A stretch of 57,961 bases of DNA, filler included, from Basidiobolus ranarum (taxonomy: Eukaryota): assembly GCA_040143965.1 (NCBI GenBank). It is 7 parts of 7 records of this genome, joined end to end, with 100 filler letters (N's around TTAATTAATTAA, not from the genome) between each part and the next. Parts side by side here need not be neighbours in the genome. Positions count along the whole stretch, not along the records: positions 41,510 to 49,688 come from JASJQH010007880.1; positions 49,789 to 57,961 come from JASJQH010007881.1; 5 more parts are not named here. One strand, 5' to 3'. Position 1 is the stretch's first letter. Each line of letters starts with the position of its first letter. Shown piece after piece: positions 47,029-57,961 of this stretch. The position numbers and the translations under genes are program-made. The notes under the pieces were generated by a model. It worked only from the letters and a program-made list of their open reading frames with translations, ran no database searches and was not told the origin of the DNA.

Positions 47029-47781
47029 TTATGGCAATCCTCTTAAGCCTTTGTCTCCTCTGAAAATGTCAGAAAATGGCTCCAAGCTCGGGTCAGTTTG
47101 CCACTCATATTCAATGAACTCTGCAGCACGCTGCGTACGATTTGTCCCGATAATATCCTCAATTACATGTAGAGTTCCATCTATACCTGCACTAACACCA
47201 GCAGTAGAGGTAAACTTACCATCGTCTACCCAACGGCCTTCATACACCCAATTGACGTTAGGACCAAGTGGTTGGATTCGTTTAAAGGCATTTTTATTAG
47301 TTGTTGCTCGCTTCCCATCAAGTATACCGGTAGATGCTAATAAGCCACTCCCAGTGCACACAGTAAGGATTCGTACAGCAGCATCAGCAACCTGACGAAG
47401 CTTCTCGGGATAACCTGGCTTTTTTGCAAGGACCATTACACTTGGGCCACCTGGTACAAGGAGTATATCAAATTTCGGGGCATTGGCAAATGAATATTGG
47501 GATTGAATGGCAAAGCCAGGAGTATCCGATTGATATATATGGCCTTCAATTTCAGCGACATACTGTATATCAAATTTGTCTGGCAAAATGGCCATTACTT
47601 GCAATGGACCGGCAGCATCAAGTACAGTGAATTTTTCAAAAAGAACAACACCCACCTTGAGTTTGGAAGCTCCGTTAGGAGTTGAGCTGTTGGCATTAGA
47701 TGCATTTACACCCTGTGACCAAGTACCACCACGGGAAATTAATGCCAAGGTTACAGAAGCAAGGAACGAGGATATTTTCAT
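47029..47781 (-). CDS. Secreted DJ-1/PfpI (ThiJ) family protein, isocyanide-hydratase-like subgroup, intronless
   Basis: Signal peptide; motifs FTVLDAAGP, DILLVPGG, nucleophile elbow TVCTGS, LDGKRATT and RWVDDGKFTSTAGVSAGIDG..EYEW. Confidence 0.88.
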   Translation of the reverse strand: MKISSFLASVTLALISRGGTWSQGVNASNANSSTPNGASKLKVGVVLFEKFTVLDAAGPLQVMAILPDKFDIQYVAEIEGHIYQSDTPGFAIQSQYSFANAPKFDILLVPGGPSVMVLAKKPGYPEKLRQVADAAVRILTVCTGSGLLASTGILDGKRATTNKNAFKRIQPLGPNVNWVYEGRWVDDGKFTSTAGVSAGIDGTLHVIEDIIGTNRTQRAAEFIEYEWQTDPSLEPFSDIFRGDKGLRGLP

Positions 47782-49096
47782 CTTGAAAAACTGATAAATT
47801 TTGAATGACTAAGCGGAGCGAGGTGTGGTATTTAACGAATCCACTCTGCGATCTTCTTTTACTTTTCCTATTCCATATGGGGGTATCATGCAATGAAGGA
47901 TTACTAATACAAGCATAAAAATCCTGTTTTAACTCAGGTTCGGTTTAGCTTTTGTACGTATACATAAAGTTGTGTTAAAAGTTGAATCGAATTAGCACCA
48001 TGGGTGGTAGATACATATATAACAGTGGCTCATCTGATATTGAGGAAGACTGCACATATTTTACCGACAACAGACCAAGGAAAGAGGTCGTAATTAGCTA
48101 ACAGTAGTAGTAACAGTAGTAGCTCATTTTATCTATATTATGCACTTTACTGTCAACAGAAAATAGATTAAATCTGGTGGATTTATCAGATTCTTTAAGG
48201 TAAGGTTCAGATGAAAGTCCCAAAATATAAGGACTTAGTGAACTGCGATTTGCCTTTAATGGAATTCATTTCGTTGCCCTTAGTAATGAGTATCAGCAGT
48301 ATTATATAGACTAACCTTGACCCTAATATTTCCAAGAACATATTTACTCCCACAGGATTTGACGCTGTATATTGATTGTACTCTAATACCTTACAAACAT
48401 TCACATAATGGCCTTTTCATTAAGTATAATTCTTGGGCTTTCTATTTTATCACTCATGGTACATTTTGTTGTAATTTGGAGATGAGATGTCAAAGAATGA
48501 CTTCCTTGAGCATCTGATAAATTGGATAGTACTTCAATTCAACGTCCAGCAAGTATAAGTTAAATCATTCATGAATAAATAATGGTCGAGTGTGATATTT
48601 GGTGAACATAGGCGAAAATATATAGAATAGTATATCCAACAAGATTACTATCAAAACGATGATTGTGCAGCTCAACTAGGATAATTGGAAGAAGGATATT
48701 GCAAAAAGTGATTATATATATATGCACACGAGTTGGAAATGAGAGTAAACAGTATATATGAAGTATACAGAAAGTGGTGGAAGATGATAATGGTGAGATT
48801 TATCTAAAAAATAGCTTGAACCTTTGTAAACAAGTACAAATATGATATATGTACTTCGGTACCTAACACTAGTATCTTTACACAAGCTTGGTTAACAAGG
48901 ATCATTGTAGCCTTCAATACCACCACATACTCCATACATAGAACTATACATACCCATACCCATACTCGTAGCAGTACCAACTACCGCATTGTTAGAGTCA
49001 GTCAAACGAGTTTATAACATATGTCTAACTGATTTATCGCCATCTATATCAACAAAACTTACACAGTGCCGATCTTAACAAAACCAACGTTTTTTT

Positions 49097-49626
49097 AGAA
49101 TCCTATCACAGAATCCTATCACAGAATCCATTGCCTCTAACAACCTCCACCCATTTTTTACTACTCCATTCTCACTAAGAATCACGATTTGTAAAATCAC
49201 ACTCTGGTCAGTGATTGATATAATAGCCCTAAAATATAATCAGTATAAACCTAACCCTAACATGCTTACAAAAACCAGTTGCTCAACCCTAACTCCAATA
49301 CTGGATTGAAAGAAAGAGCTTCGTTTATCATACTGGATATGGGAATATGAATGAAAATGATATGGGAACAGGAATGAGAATCATTCTGAAGATCAAATCT
49401 AACAAGATCTAATCAATCAGTGAAGTGTATAAGAAGTGAAAGGGATTTCCCTAATGATGAAGTGTATAAGAAGTGAAAGGGATTTCCCTGATGATTTCTC
49501 TAATCCTAAATGAAAGGTAAATGAAGGTAAAATTACAACAATCACAGTAACTATACCTGTTAAACCCATTCCCTTGCCAATCACAGTAACTATACCCGTT
49601 AAACCCATTCCCTTGCCAATCACAGT
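49097..49626. repeat. Cluster of short tandem duplications (13 bp x2.5 at 49097-49129; 37 bp x2 at 49421-49494; 39 bp x2.3 at 49539-49626)
   Basis: Units are AGAATCCTATCAC, TGAAGTGTATAAGAAGTGAAAGGGATTTCCCT(A/G)ATGA and CAATCACAGTAACTATACC(T/C)GTTAAACCCATTCCCTTGC. Confidence 0.88.
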
Positions 49627-50945
49627 CCAGACCTAACCTTTAACCGTCTGTTAGGTCGAATCAGGTTATCGCTATGTTAGGGCTTTGANNNNNNNNNNNN
49701 NNNNNNNNNNNNNNNNNNNNNNNNNNNNNNNNTTAATTAATTAANNNNNNNNNNNNNNNNNNNNNNNNNNNNNNNNNNNNNNNNNNNNTGCGGTAACGTT
49801 GGTTGACGAATCTCTTGGATTGGACATAAGAGGACATGGAGTATGAGCACATATTACTAATGTGACGCACACGCGCACGCAGATGGAGCTATGGGATTAA
49901 TAATCATGACTATGACTCACTACGAGTGTCAGTTAGGCATGATTCCGGATATCTGATGATTTGATAAGCCAACTTACATTCAACAATAGATTATATTCTA
50001 ACGGTGATCGTCCAATGAAATATCTAACGAGTTTCGATCGAATTCCCAACGTTAAAATTATTTTGCCTTGAGCAGGATATAGCTAATTGAGACCATGTGC
50101 GTGGTTTACCAGGTCTAATCGAATCAGCGGCTCTAACTGCAAATAGCGCTTTGGGTTTTAGATCACTTTATCAGATTCATTGGAGGGAACATGATAGGCT
50201 GCTCGAACTCAACATCCAATACGGATTATTCCATTTAACACCTTGATTTGGAGAAAACAACATCTGATATCTACTGGTAGCGAGGCGCTCCACCATAAAG
50301 TCAGTCACATTACTAATGTAGCGAATGTAGGGCTGGTGGTTGGAGTCATGTTGAAGATATCTTGGGTGTATATAATCGCTACGCTTTAGCCAACCTTGTT
50401 GGAAATTGGTTAGCGAAATTGGAAAAAACTTATTGAACTAGAACCACTCTGCCTACAATATGAGAAGAATCTTCGATCGAAGTTCATGTTTATTGTTTAC
50501 TACTGACATACTGCTGCTTAGTAAGAATAATAATGTTAAAACTAGTTCGAGCATTATTGTGGTGGCTAGTGGTTGATTTATGAATATGTACTCTTCTGTT
50601 TAAAGGCTCCTTTATGTTGTAAGCTAGATCAAATTTGACCAATATTTGCTTATATGTGTGAGGGAGTGGTTGAATTTTCATGAAATAGAGAAAATATTAA
50701 TTATTGAACAATTGGAAGAAAATTAACCTCGATGAAATGAAAGGAAGGCGTATTTTCTTGTGTGTACAGATTTAACATCCTTACAAAACAATACGTAGAG
50801 ATACTAATAGAAAACAGAGAACTATAGAGTGGTTTGAAATAGGTAATGTAAAGAAATGAGTAAGAAAGTTTAGACAATTAATCACTAACAGAACATGGAT
50901 CCGTTAGTGTGATAAGGGCCATTTCCTATAGACAATAAATGGTGT

Positions 50946-53062
50946 TTAAAAGCCAAAGGGGTTGTTGTTGTTATTATTAAATCCAGTACCATAAGGTTGT
51001 TGAGGCTGCTGTTGAAAAGGTTGATTATAACCAGCGTTATAGTTATTATTTCTTCCTAGGCTGCCTCCATTCATATCGGGCTGGCTCATAAATGGAGAGG
51101 ATTGTTGCTGTTGCTTCATCATATCATTCAGCGATGGTTTGGATGAAGGACCCCACGTGTTATTTCCAGTAGGTGCAAAGGGATTCCGGCTAGCTGTATT
51201 ACCGAAGTTAGTATTAGCGGCTGTTTGAGATGGTCCGAAGTCAATCAAGGTATTGTTGGAAGGAGGTTGTTGTTGTTGTTGGGCACCGCCATAAGAGCTC
51301 TAAATTATATTAAACAAAGTAAGTGTAAAATTCCAAAGAGAGGTGATGCTTGATACCTTACATTAGAGTTAAGGCCTCCTAATGAGCCAAAAGGATCATT
51401 ATTACTCATAACAGGTCCGGGTTGCTGGTAGAAAGGATTAGGACTCTGTTGTGCTTGCTGTTGATTATGGCCAAGACTAGGTGATGATGTCCCATATGGT
51501 GGACTGGATTCTGTTAGCATTGAGAAGATAGTTTAAAGTGGAATATTGAAGTTTGACTTACTTATCATTACCATGCATATTAAATTGATTTTGTGTAAAA
51601 GATGGTTGAGATTGAAATCCAGAATCGTTGAAACTTTGATTGGTATATTGTGGCATTCCAAATGGATTGTTAGAGCCGCCACCCATTTGACCTTGATGTC
51701 CACTGCCATTGAATGTGTTGTAGCCCTGGTTCATATTGTTATTGTTGTTCCCCTGAAGAGAGTCAAAAGGATCGAACAAGTTATCGTTTGTACTGGAGTG
51801 AGTGATAGGGTTTCCAAACATGTCGTATTGTTGTTGTTGCTGCTGTTGTTGGTAAAGATTTCTGAAGGTTTAAAGATGATTAGTGGCTGCTGACTAACAA
51901 GGAGACGTCCCATTTTTACATACATGCCACTTGGAGTTCCGGGGATATCATTTAGTAATATCAATTCGTTAGTTTCCGAGATTTTATTACTTTGATCAAC
52001 TGCCTCTTTTTTGCTTAATTCGATTGCTTTTTGAATGTCCTCGTCGCTGGAGAATGTATATTAAAACAATGAACAGTGGGAATATGTCCGACTAGTCCTC
52101 TTACCTGGATTTCATTCTGTTCTTGTGTTCAGCCGCAGACCTTTTACTTTCCTCGATGGCACGCTGTAACTCTCGATCTTCTTCGTTTGGTGCGTAATCA
52201 TCTGGATCGAAGCTGGAGCTACGAGGAGGATAAGTGTTATATCCGGAAAGTTCACCATTTGAACCACCACCCATGCGATTTTGCATTGTGGAGCGATTGG
52301 TTCTCTCTTCTTTGAGTCGACTTTCATCGGACAGTAAGGAGGTGATGTCCTTAGCTTTCTGTCGCACTAGAGATAGATATGAGTCAGTAACAGCCAGCAT
52401 GACAACTTGGATTTTAGGAAGGTCCAAACATACCATTAGCTCCTTGATCTTTCCCCTGTTCATCAATAAATTGAAACTCTTTCAAAGTTTTTACTATATA
52501 AAAATTGTCCTTGGCGTAGGCAACGACGTTTTGTGAACCAGAGTGAAGACAATAATCCAATAAAGTCAAAGCCTAGATAGTTGGTCAATATAAAATAAAC
52601 ATGTATGGTAAAACTTGTGAGCGCGAAACAAACCTTGAAGACGTGACGCCAGTTTTTCCCCTTATCATTTAGACGTCTATCAATCATATCCATGATTTCT
52701 TGAAAATAATGACTAGAATAAGACACATGGTTAGTGCCTGTATGCTAGAATTAAAACATGTTGGCTGCTCTCTAATACACATTTTCTCATTCGAATGGGA
52801 TGTGGAGAGATAAAATTAGACTGGGGTAACTCCCACTTACGGATCAAAAGTAGCACGGGCAATATCACTCATCTGACTTCCAGAAGGTCCCCACGGATCG
52901 TTTGATGTAGCTTCACGAACTTTGGCTTGGATCTCAGAGTATCCGCGGGTCATGTTTTTACTAAGCATGAAAGAAATATCAGTAAATCACCAGATTGTAT
53001 ACCGTATATTCGTATGTAACATACACTGTGCGCAGGGCACCTTTAGCCATGTATTTTGACAT
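50946..53062 (-). CDS. Epsin (ENTH domain, two UIMs, NPF motifs), Ent1/Ent2-like, 8 exons
   Basis: ENTH sequence KNMTRGYSEIQAKVREATSNDPWGPSG..RRLNDKGKNWRHVFK..VRQKAKDITSLL; UIMs EEDRELQRAIEESKR and DEDIQKAIELSK; many NPF/DPF motifs. Confidence 0.92.
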
Positions 53063-53873
53063 ATTGTGAAGTGTGAATCGGTAGCGAAGGTAGAGTGAAG
53101 TTTTGACGGAGAATGCTCGCGATTATGAATAAAAGGGGTAAGTAGATATTTCGACTATTATTTGAGTTTTCGAGCATCCATTATCGTCATATTTGACTTG
53201 ATTGGTTATGAATTCATAATCACCGCATTTGGACTAATGAAGCCGTCACTGCGAGTGCAGTCAGACGCTGATTTTAGTTGATTACTTATTCATCACGTAG
53301 ATTGATTTCCATCCAAATGATTATTTGTAAAACCATACACTTGGGTGTTACTGAGTGTAAAGGAATTCTATTCTGAACCATTCGAAACCTTAATTCTCCC
53401 AGGGAATCTGATTCTGCTCATCGAGAAGAACCGGATGATTGATATTGTGATTGTGGGCATTGTAGTTAAACAGTAAACTATCATGATAAGTATCCCTTGA
53501 TCTTGCAACTAGGAACTGATGATATTTGCAGTTTCAGCTCCGATATATGTGAAAGATCAGTGAACCAAGAATCCGTTTCTAGATGATCATTCCACCTGCA
53601 TGTGCATCTGGTAGTCAGCACCCTTCAAATACGAAACACGAAACACGAAACATGCCGTATTCCGCTTGGAACATTTCAATACTGTTTCACAACAGTGGCT
53701 ATGGTGAAGATGTTTAATACTTTATTCAATGGCGGTTAAATCGCTGCAAAATGAGTGGATTATTGTGTACACAGAAAAAGTGAAGATGAATGGAAGTAGA
53801 ACATGTATGATGAATGGGAATGAAGGACGCAGTCGGCCGCAGAATCGAGGTTAGGGTAGTTGAATTTTCTCCC

Positions 53874-55601
53874 TTACATCATACCTCCCATTCCGCCCAT
53901 GCCTCCCATACCACCCATACTTGGCTTCTCCTTCTCGGGGGCATCGACAATCATGCATTCGGAGGTGGTTAATAGAGAGGCAACACCAGATGAATCAACC
54001 AAAGCAGTTCTAACAACCTTGACAGGATCAAGGATACCCTTGGCAATCATATCAGTGAATTCACCAACAGAGGCATCGTAACCCATGTTGAAGCTGTCAC
54101 CGTGCTCTTCCAAAAGTTTTCCAACAACAACAGAACCCTCACCACCGGCATTCTCAACAATGGTTCTGCAAGGACGAAGGCAAGCTTGACGGATGATGTT
54201 AATACCAAGCTTTTGGTCGAAGTTGGCAGGCTTCAAGGCGTCCAAGCATTTAGTAGCCTTGAGGAGGGCAGTACCACCACCGGGAACAATACCTTCTTCA
54301 ACAGCAGCGCGGGTGGCATTGAGAGCATCAACGAATCGATCTTTCTTTTCACCAACCTCAACTTCAGAGACACCACCGATCTTGATAACAGCAACTCCAC
54401 CGGACAACTTAGCAAGACGGTCTTGTAACTTCTCCTTCTCGTAATCAGAAATGCCGGAATCTTTCATTGCGGAACGAATTTGTTCACAACGAAGAGCGAT
54501 TCTTTCCTTAGGACCATCACCATTCATAATGATGGTATCTTCTTTGGTAATGGTGATAGATCCAGATGAACCGAACAACTCAGGGGTAGCCTTTTCAAGC
54601 TTGATGTCTAACTCGTCAGAGAATACGGTACCACCAGTAAGTGTGGCAAGATCACCGAGAATCGATTTACGGTTATCACCGAATCCAGGAGCTTTAACGG
54701 CGGCAACTTGAATTTGACCACGAAGCTTGTTCAAAATACAGGCGGCAAGTGCTTCACCGTCAATATCTTCAGCAACAATCAAGAGTGGGCGACGTTGTTG
54801 AGCAGCGGTTTCAAGGGCAGGGAGGATATCTTGAATGGCAGAAATCTTTCTTTCCGACAAAAGAACCAAAGGCTTCTCAAATTCAACCTTTTGTGTCTTG
54901 CTATCGGTGATGAAGTAAGGTGAAATAAAACCACGATCGAAACGCATACCTTCGGTGATTTCGAGTTCATCTTCAATCGTTTTTCCTTCTTTGCAGGTAA
55001 TAACACCTTCTTTACCGACCTTTTCCATGGCTTGAGCAATCAAGTTTCCGATCTCTCTATCACCGTTGGCGGAAATGGTACCAACTTGGGCAACTTCCTC
55101 AGAGGTAGTGATGGCACGTTTATTTTGTTTCAAGAACTCAACGATAGCATCAACAGCAAGTTGAACACCACGACGAAGATCCATAGGGTTGCAACCAGCG
55201 GCGACGTTCTTTACGCCTTCGGAAAAGATAGCGTGAGTAAGGACAGTAGCGGTGGTAGTACCGTCACCAGCAGCATCGTTGGTCTTATTAGCAACATCTT
55301 GAACCAATTTGGCACCTAGGTTTTCGAACTTGTTTTCAAGAGTGATACTCTTAGCGACGGTAACGCCATCCTTGGTGATCTTAGGGCTACCGAAAGGCTG
55401 TTCAATCAGGACATTTCTTCCCTTAGGACCAAGGGTGACAGCAACGGCCTTGGCGAGGGTCTCAACACCACGAAGAAGGGAAGCTCTGCCTTCAATTCCG
55501 AACTGGATCTCCTTGTGTGAAGAGTAGAAACGGAGAGCAGAGGATGGGCGAGATAAAGGGGACTTCGCAAGAGTCTGGACAGTTTTAGCACCGCGGATCA
55601 T
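53874..55601 (-). CDS. HSP60: Mitochondrial chaperonin Hsp60, intronless
   Basis: Arg/Ser-rich presequence, [27 protein letters not shown] and a GGM-repeat tail. Confidence 0.98.
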   Translation of the reverse strand: MIRGAKTVQTLAKSPLSRPSSALRFYSSHKEIQFGIEGRASLLRGVETLAKAVAVTLGPKGRNVLIEQPFGSPKITKDGVTVAKSITLENKFENLGAKLVQDVANKTNDAAGDGTTTATVLTHAIFSEGVKNVAAGCNPMDLRRGVQLAVDAIVEFLKQNKRAITTSEEVAQVGTISANGDREIGNLIAQAMEKVGKEGVITCKEGKTIEDELEITEGMRFDRGFISPYFITDSKTQKVEFEKPLVLLSERKISAIQDILPALETAAQQRRPLLIVAEDIDGEALAACILNKLRGQIQVAAVKAPGFGDNRKSILGDLATLTGGTVFSDELDIKLEKATPELFGSSGSITITKEDTIIMNGDGPKERIALRCEQIRSAMKDSGISDYEKEKLQDRLAKLSGGVAVIKIGGVSEVEVGEKKDRFVDALNATRAAVEEGIVPGGGTALLKATKCLDALKPANFDQKLGINIIRQACLRPCRTIVENAGGEGSVVVGKLLEEHGDSFNMGYDASVGEFTDMIAKGILDPVKVVRTALVDSSGVASLLTTSECMIVDAPEKEKPSMGGMGGMGGMGGMM

Positions 55602-56335
55602 TTTTTAGTACTAGAATAAAAGGAACAAGGTAGAAAACGATGACTTATCAATGCGCTTCAAAGACTTTAATATCGGAGTCATCTAACTTAGAAAACCAGA
55701 GAATTTTTTCCAGATGGCCTGCGTCAACTCAAAGAAGGTTTTGGAATAAGTGATGGTCCTTTTTCGGAATTAGCCTCAGGTTTCACTAGTAAAATTCGAC
55801 CTTTCGGTGAGGTCAAGATCTCAATATAATTTGTATGAGTTGTCTAGTCTTAATTCCAGAAATGGGACTGGAAATGTTAGTGCCAACGCGGTGGTGGAGA
55901 TAGCCTTCGATTCGAGAGTTAAACATTTGGATTAAGGAAATCATTAAGCCAATTATTAGATGCCGTTAGAGCTCTCTTTGGTCTAATGGCAATAGTACAA
56001 GGCCATAATTGGTCACTGGAGTTCGAGATCCTAGCATATAACGTGGGTGATTTAGCCGTAATCGAATGGCTGTATGGTACATAGGCCAATGGATGCTGCG
56101 ATCTGAGTCAGCTGGGAAAGTATCCAGACGTTAAGTCAAGTTCAGGGTCTGAGTCCCTAGGACAACTGGGAGGATTTCATTGCCAGGGATTAGATTGATT
56201 GGTGAATCATGTTTCTAGCATGTTCTTTGTATCGTTAACGCGAGGATTCCAGAGGTATATTAGTGACGTTGCGTACGAGGATACAACTCTGTCCAGCACT
56301 TCTCCACGCCTCTGCTTTGATTATATCTTCCGGAC
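55602..56335. promoter_or_regulatory. Bidirectional HSP60/HSP10 promoter with heat-shock-element-like and CCAAT motifs
   Basis: Divergent ATGs 734 bp apart; TTCtaGcAtgTTC at 56213-56225; a GAA/TTC cluster at about 55688-55715; CCAAT/ATTGG near 55949, 56008, 56086 and 56198. Confidence 0.65.
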
Positions 56336-56702
56336 ATGGTACGTTTTGATGTATGTTCTGACCACGTAAGGCCCACAACTAACTTGACTTTCACAGGCTT
56401 CTCGCGCTAAGCAAATTATCCCACTACTCGACCGTATCTTGGTCCAAAGAGTCAAGGCTGAGCACAAGACTGCTTCTGGCATTCTTATCCCCGAGAAAGC
56501 TCAAGAGACTCTTAATGAAGGCCGTGTTATTGCTATTGGTAAAGGGGCTCTCGATAGAGATGGTAAACACATTCCTGTGTCAGTCAAAGAGGGTGACAAA
56601 GTTCTTCTCCCTCCCTACGGTGGCAGCGTTGTTAAAGTTGACAAGGAAGAATTTCTTCTTTTGCGCGACTCTGAAATCCTTGCCAAAATCGAGGAGTTCT
56701 AA
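56336..56702 (+). CDS. HSP10: Mitochondrial co-chaperonin Hsp10; ATG-only first exon, intron 56339-56396
   Basis: M|ASRAKQIIPLLDRILVQR..KTASGILIPEKA..VKEGDKVLLPPYGG..LRDSEILAKI. Confidence 0.95.
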
Positions 56703-57336
56703 TACACTTCATCTCTCACCATTTCTTTCACCGATCACTTTTGCATAGGATTTGTAATAAATAACCCCATAATTGATTTCATTTTGTTGCTGGCAATACT
56801 TGTTTGTTCTTCCAAGAACTGATGCCTTGAACCATCAGATATGCCTCTATACTGTGGGTGGTACAACAAAATGCACTAGCCACATTAGGACCTGTGATTT
56901 ATTAGGGGGCTTGGATATTGTTGAATCTTGTCAGTGGTATCAAAATTGATCATTAACTTGTTGACCAGAATCCTGTTCCGTTTTAGCGAGCCTGATACTC
57001 CATGATATGGGACAGAGTAGTCCAGAACATATGCTGCTCAATTTGGCACTCGGGCCTGATCAACTTCAATCTGCATCCTGTTGAATCACATACAACTTAT
57101 TGACTCTTTTTAGGTACACTAAAATAATATCTTTACTTTATTTTTAATGTTTCTTTTAATCTTTTTTGACTCAAATATACAAAGTTGCCTATTAAAACAT
57201 CATTAAAAAACATAATAGTTTAGCTATGTTTTAATAAAAAAGTTTGTGATTTAATATCAATTATTTTTGTTGCCTACTTATAGTCTATATTTTGAATGTT
57301 TGTCTTACAGTCTTGACCTCATGATAAACATGGGCA

Positions 57337-57679
57337 TGTTGAAATTAGCATTGCCTAAACACCAATATAGTCATACATATAGCTTAGTACTTAGTTATCC
57401 TAAATTTCACAAAGATATCACCCATTATTTGATATCAGAATGTTCTTAGAATATTTTTACCAACTTGGAAGTTCAGAGATATATAGACTTATCAAACTTC
57501 TGCTAGAAGCCCCAAAATTTGCACAAATACTTCTGGGACTTTGTTTATCACATTCTATATAGTACTTTGCTTACAGCTTTACAAAACTATAAATGTCAAT
57601 TGAATGCTCAATAAGTGCAAACCACCAATTTCTCTATGTCTCCTGACCACTTCCAACAGGCTCACAAAAAACTTTGACA
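57337..57679 (+). mobile_element. 5' LTR of a Copia-type element, family B (343 bp)
   Basis: TGTTGAAATTAGC...ACTTTGACA, immediately followed by the PBS. Confidence 0.85.
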
Positions 57680-57691
57680 GGTTATGAGCCC
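57680..57691 (+). promoter_or_regulatory. Half-tRNA primer binding site (anticodon stem-loop of initiator tRNA-Met)
   Basis: GGTTATGAGCCC is the reverse complement of GGGCUCAUAACC in tRNA-iMet, as in Ty5/copia-type elements. Confidence 0.85.
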
Positions 57692-57714
57692 CAAGCTTGT
57701 ACTCTCTGTCATGT

Positions 57715-57961
57715 TGTTGGATAATTAATCTTTATTCAACATCATAGTTAACTTTAGTTATGATACATATATCAGAAACAGAAAGCAATGTACCTATAGC
57801 CCCTATATTCTAAATAGGAATATCTCTATATTTATATAACAAGTACATCTTATTACCCCCACTTATCGATTATATCTTATTACACAAACTCCTGAATATC
57901 TCAAACAATTGATTTGCTTTTCTACTATATAAGTCACCATATACTCTTAAGAATAAAGTAA
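57715..57961 (+). repeat. LTR family A copy inserted just downstream of the family B PBS; runs off the window
   Basis: TGTTGGATAATTAATCTTTATTCAACATC..., colinear with 25503-25748. Confidence 0.85.

Noticed and set aside
49417-49623. ORF with the repeated peptide IGKGMGLTGIVTV
   Set aside because: By-product of a 39-bp tandem duplication; no ATG start or other coding evidence.
53860-55591. Multiple antisense and alternative-frame ORFs over HSP60 (likewise over HIS4, the ABC gene and the DJ-1 gene)
   Set aside because: These are shadow ORFs caused by codon bias in the real genes.
56015-56035. tRNA T-arm-like GGAGTTCGAGATCC
   Set aside because: No cloverleaf or A-box can be built around it; no tRNA or rRNA gene was found in the window.

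Overview
This window is not one continuous locus. It is seven contigs of about 8.2 kb (1-8222, 8323-16532, 16633-24834, 24935-33126, 33227-41409, 41510-49688, 49789-57961), sorted by decreasing length and joined by artificial 100-nt spacers (N44-TTAATTAATTAA-N44). Synteny is meaningful only within a contig. The DNA is fungal, with short GT-AG introns and a trifunctional HIS4; an early-diverging (zygomycete-grade) fungus is my inference. Housekeeping genes: a PDR-type ABCG transporter, a syntaxin, proteasome alpha6, CDC24, an LRR protein, HIS4, RPS29, an SS18/SSXT protein, WDR24/SEA2, ATP17, SPC25, epsin, and a head-to-head HSP60/HSP10 pair. Accessory genes: a serpin, a secreted Gly/Ser-repeat protein, a secreted bacterial-like DUF3472 protein, a secreted DJ-1/PfpI protein and an orphan secreted protein. 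Mobile DNA: two decayed Ty3/Gypsy elements (one a chromovirus), two Copia-type LTR families that are nested in each other (one with a half-tRNA-iMet primer site), and an unidentified intron-bearing multicopy element. The strongest signals are the near-total loss of CpG confined to repeats, the reciprocal LTR nesting, a roughly 100-nt G-U-containing hairpin in an oversized ABC-gene intron, and the possible horizontally transferred secreted genes. All calls were made by eye; no searches or folding programs were run.
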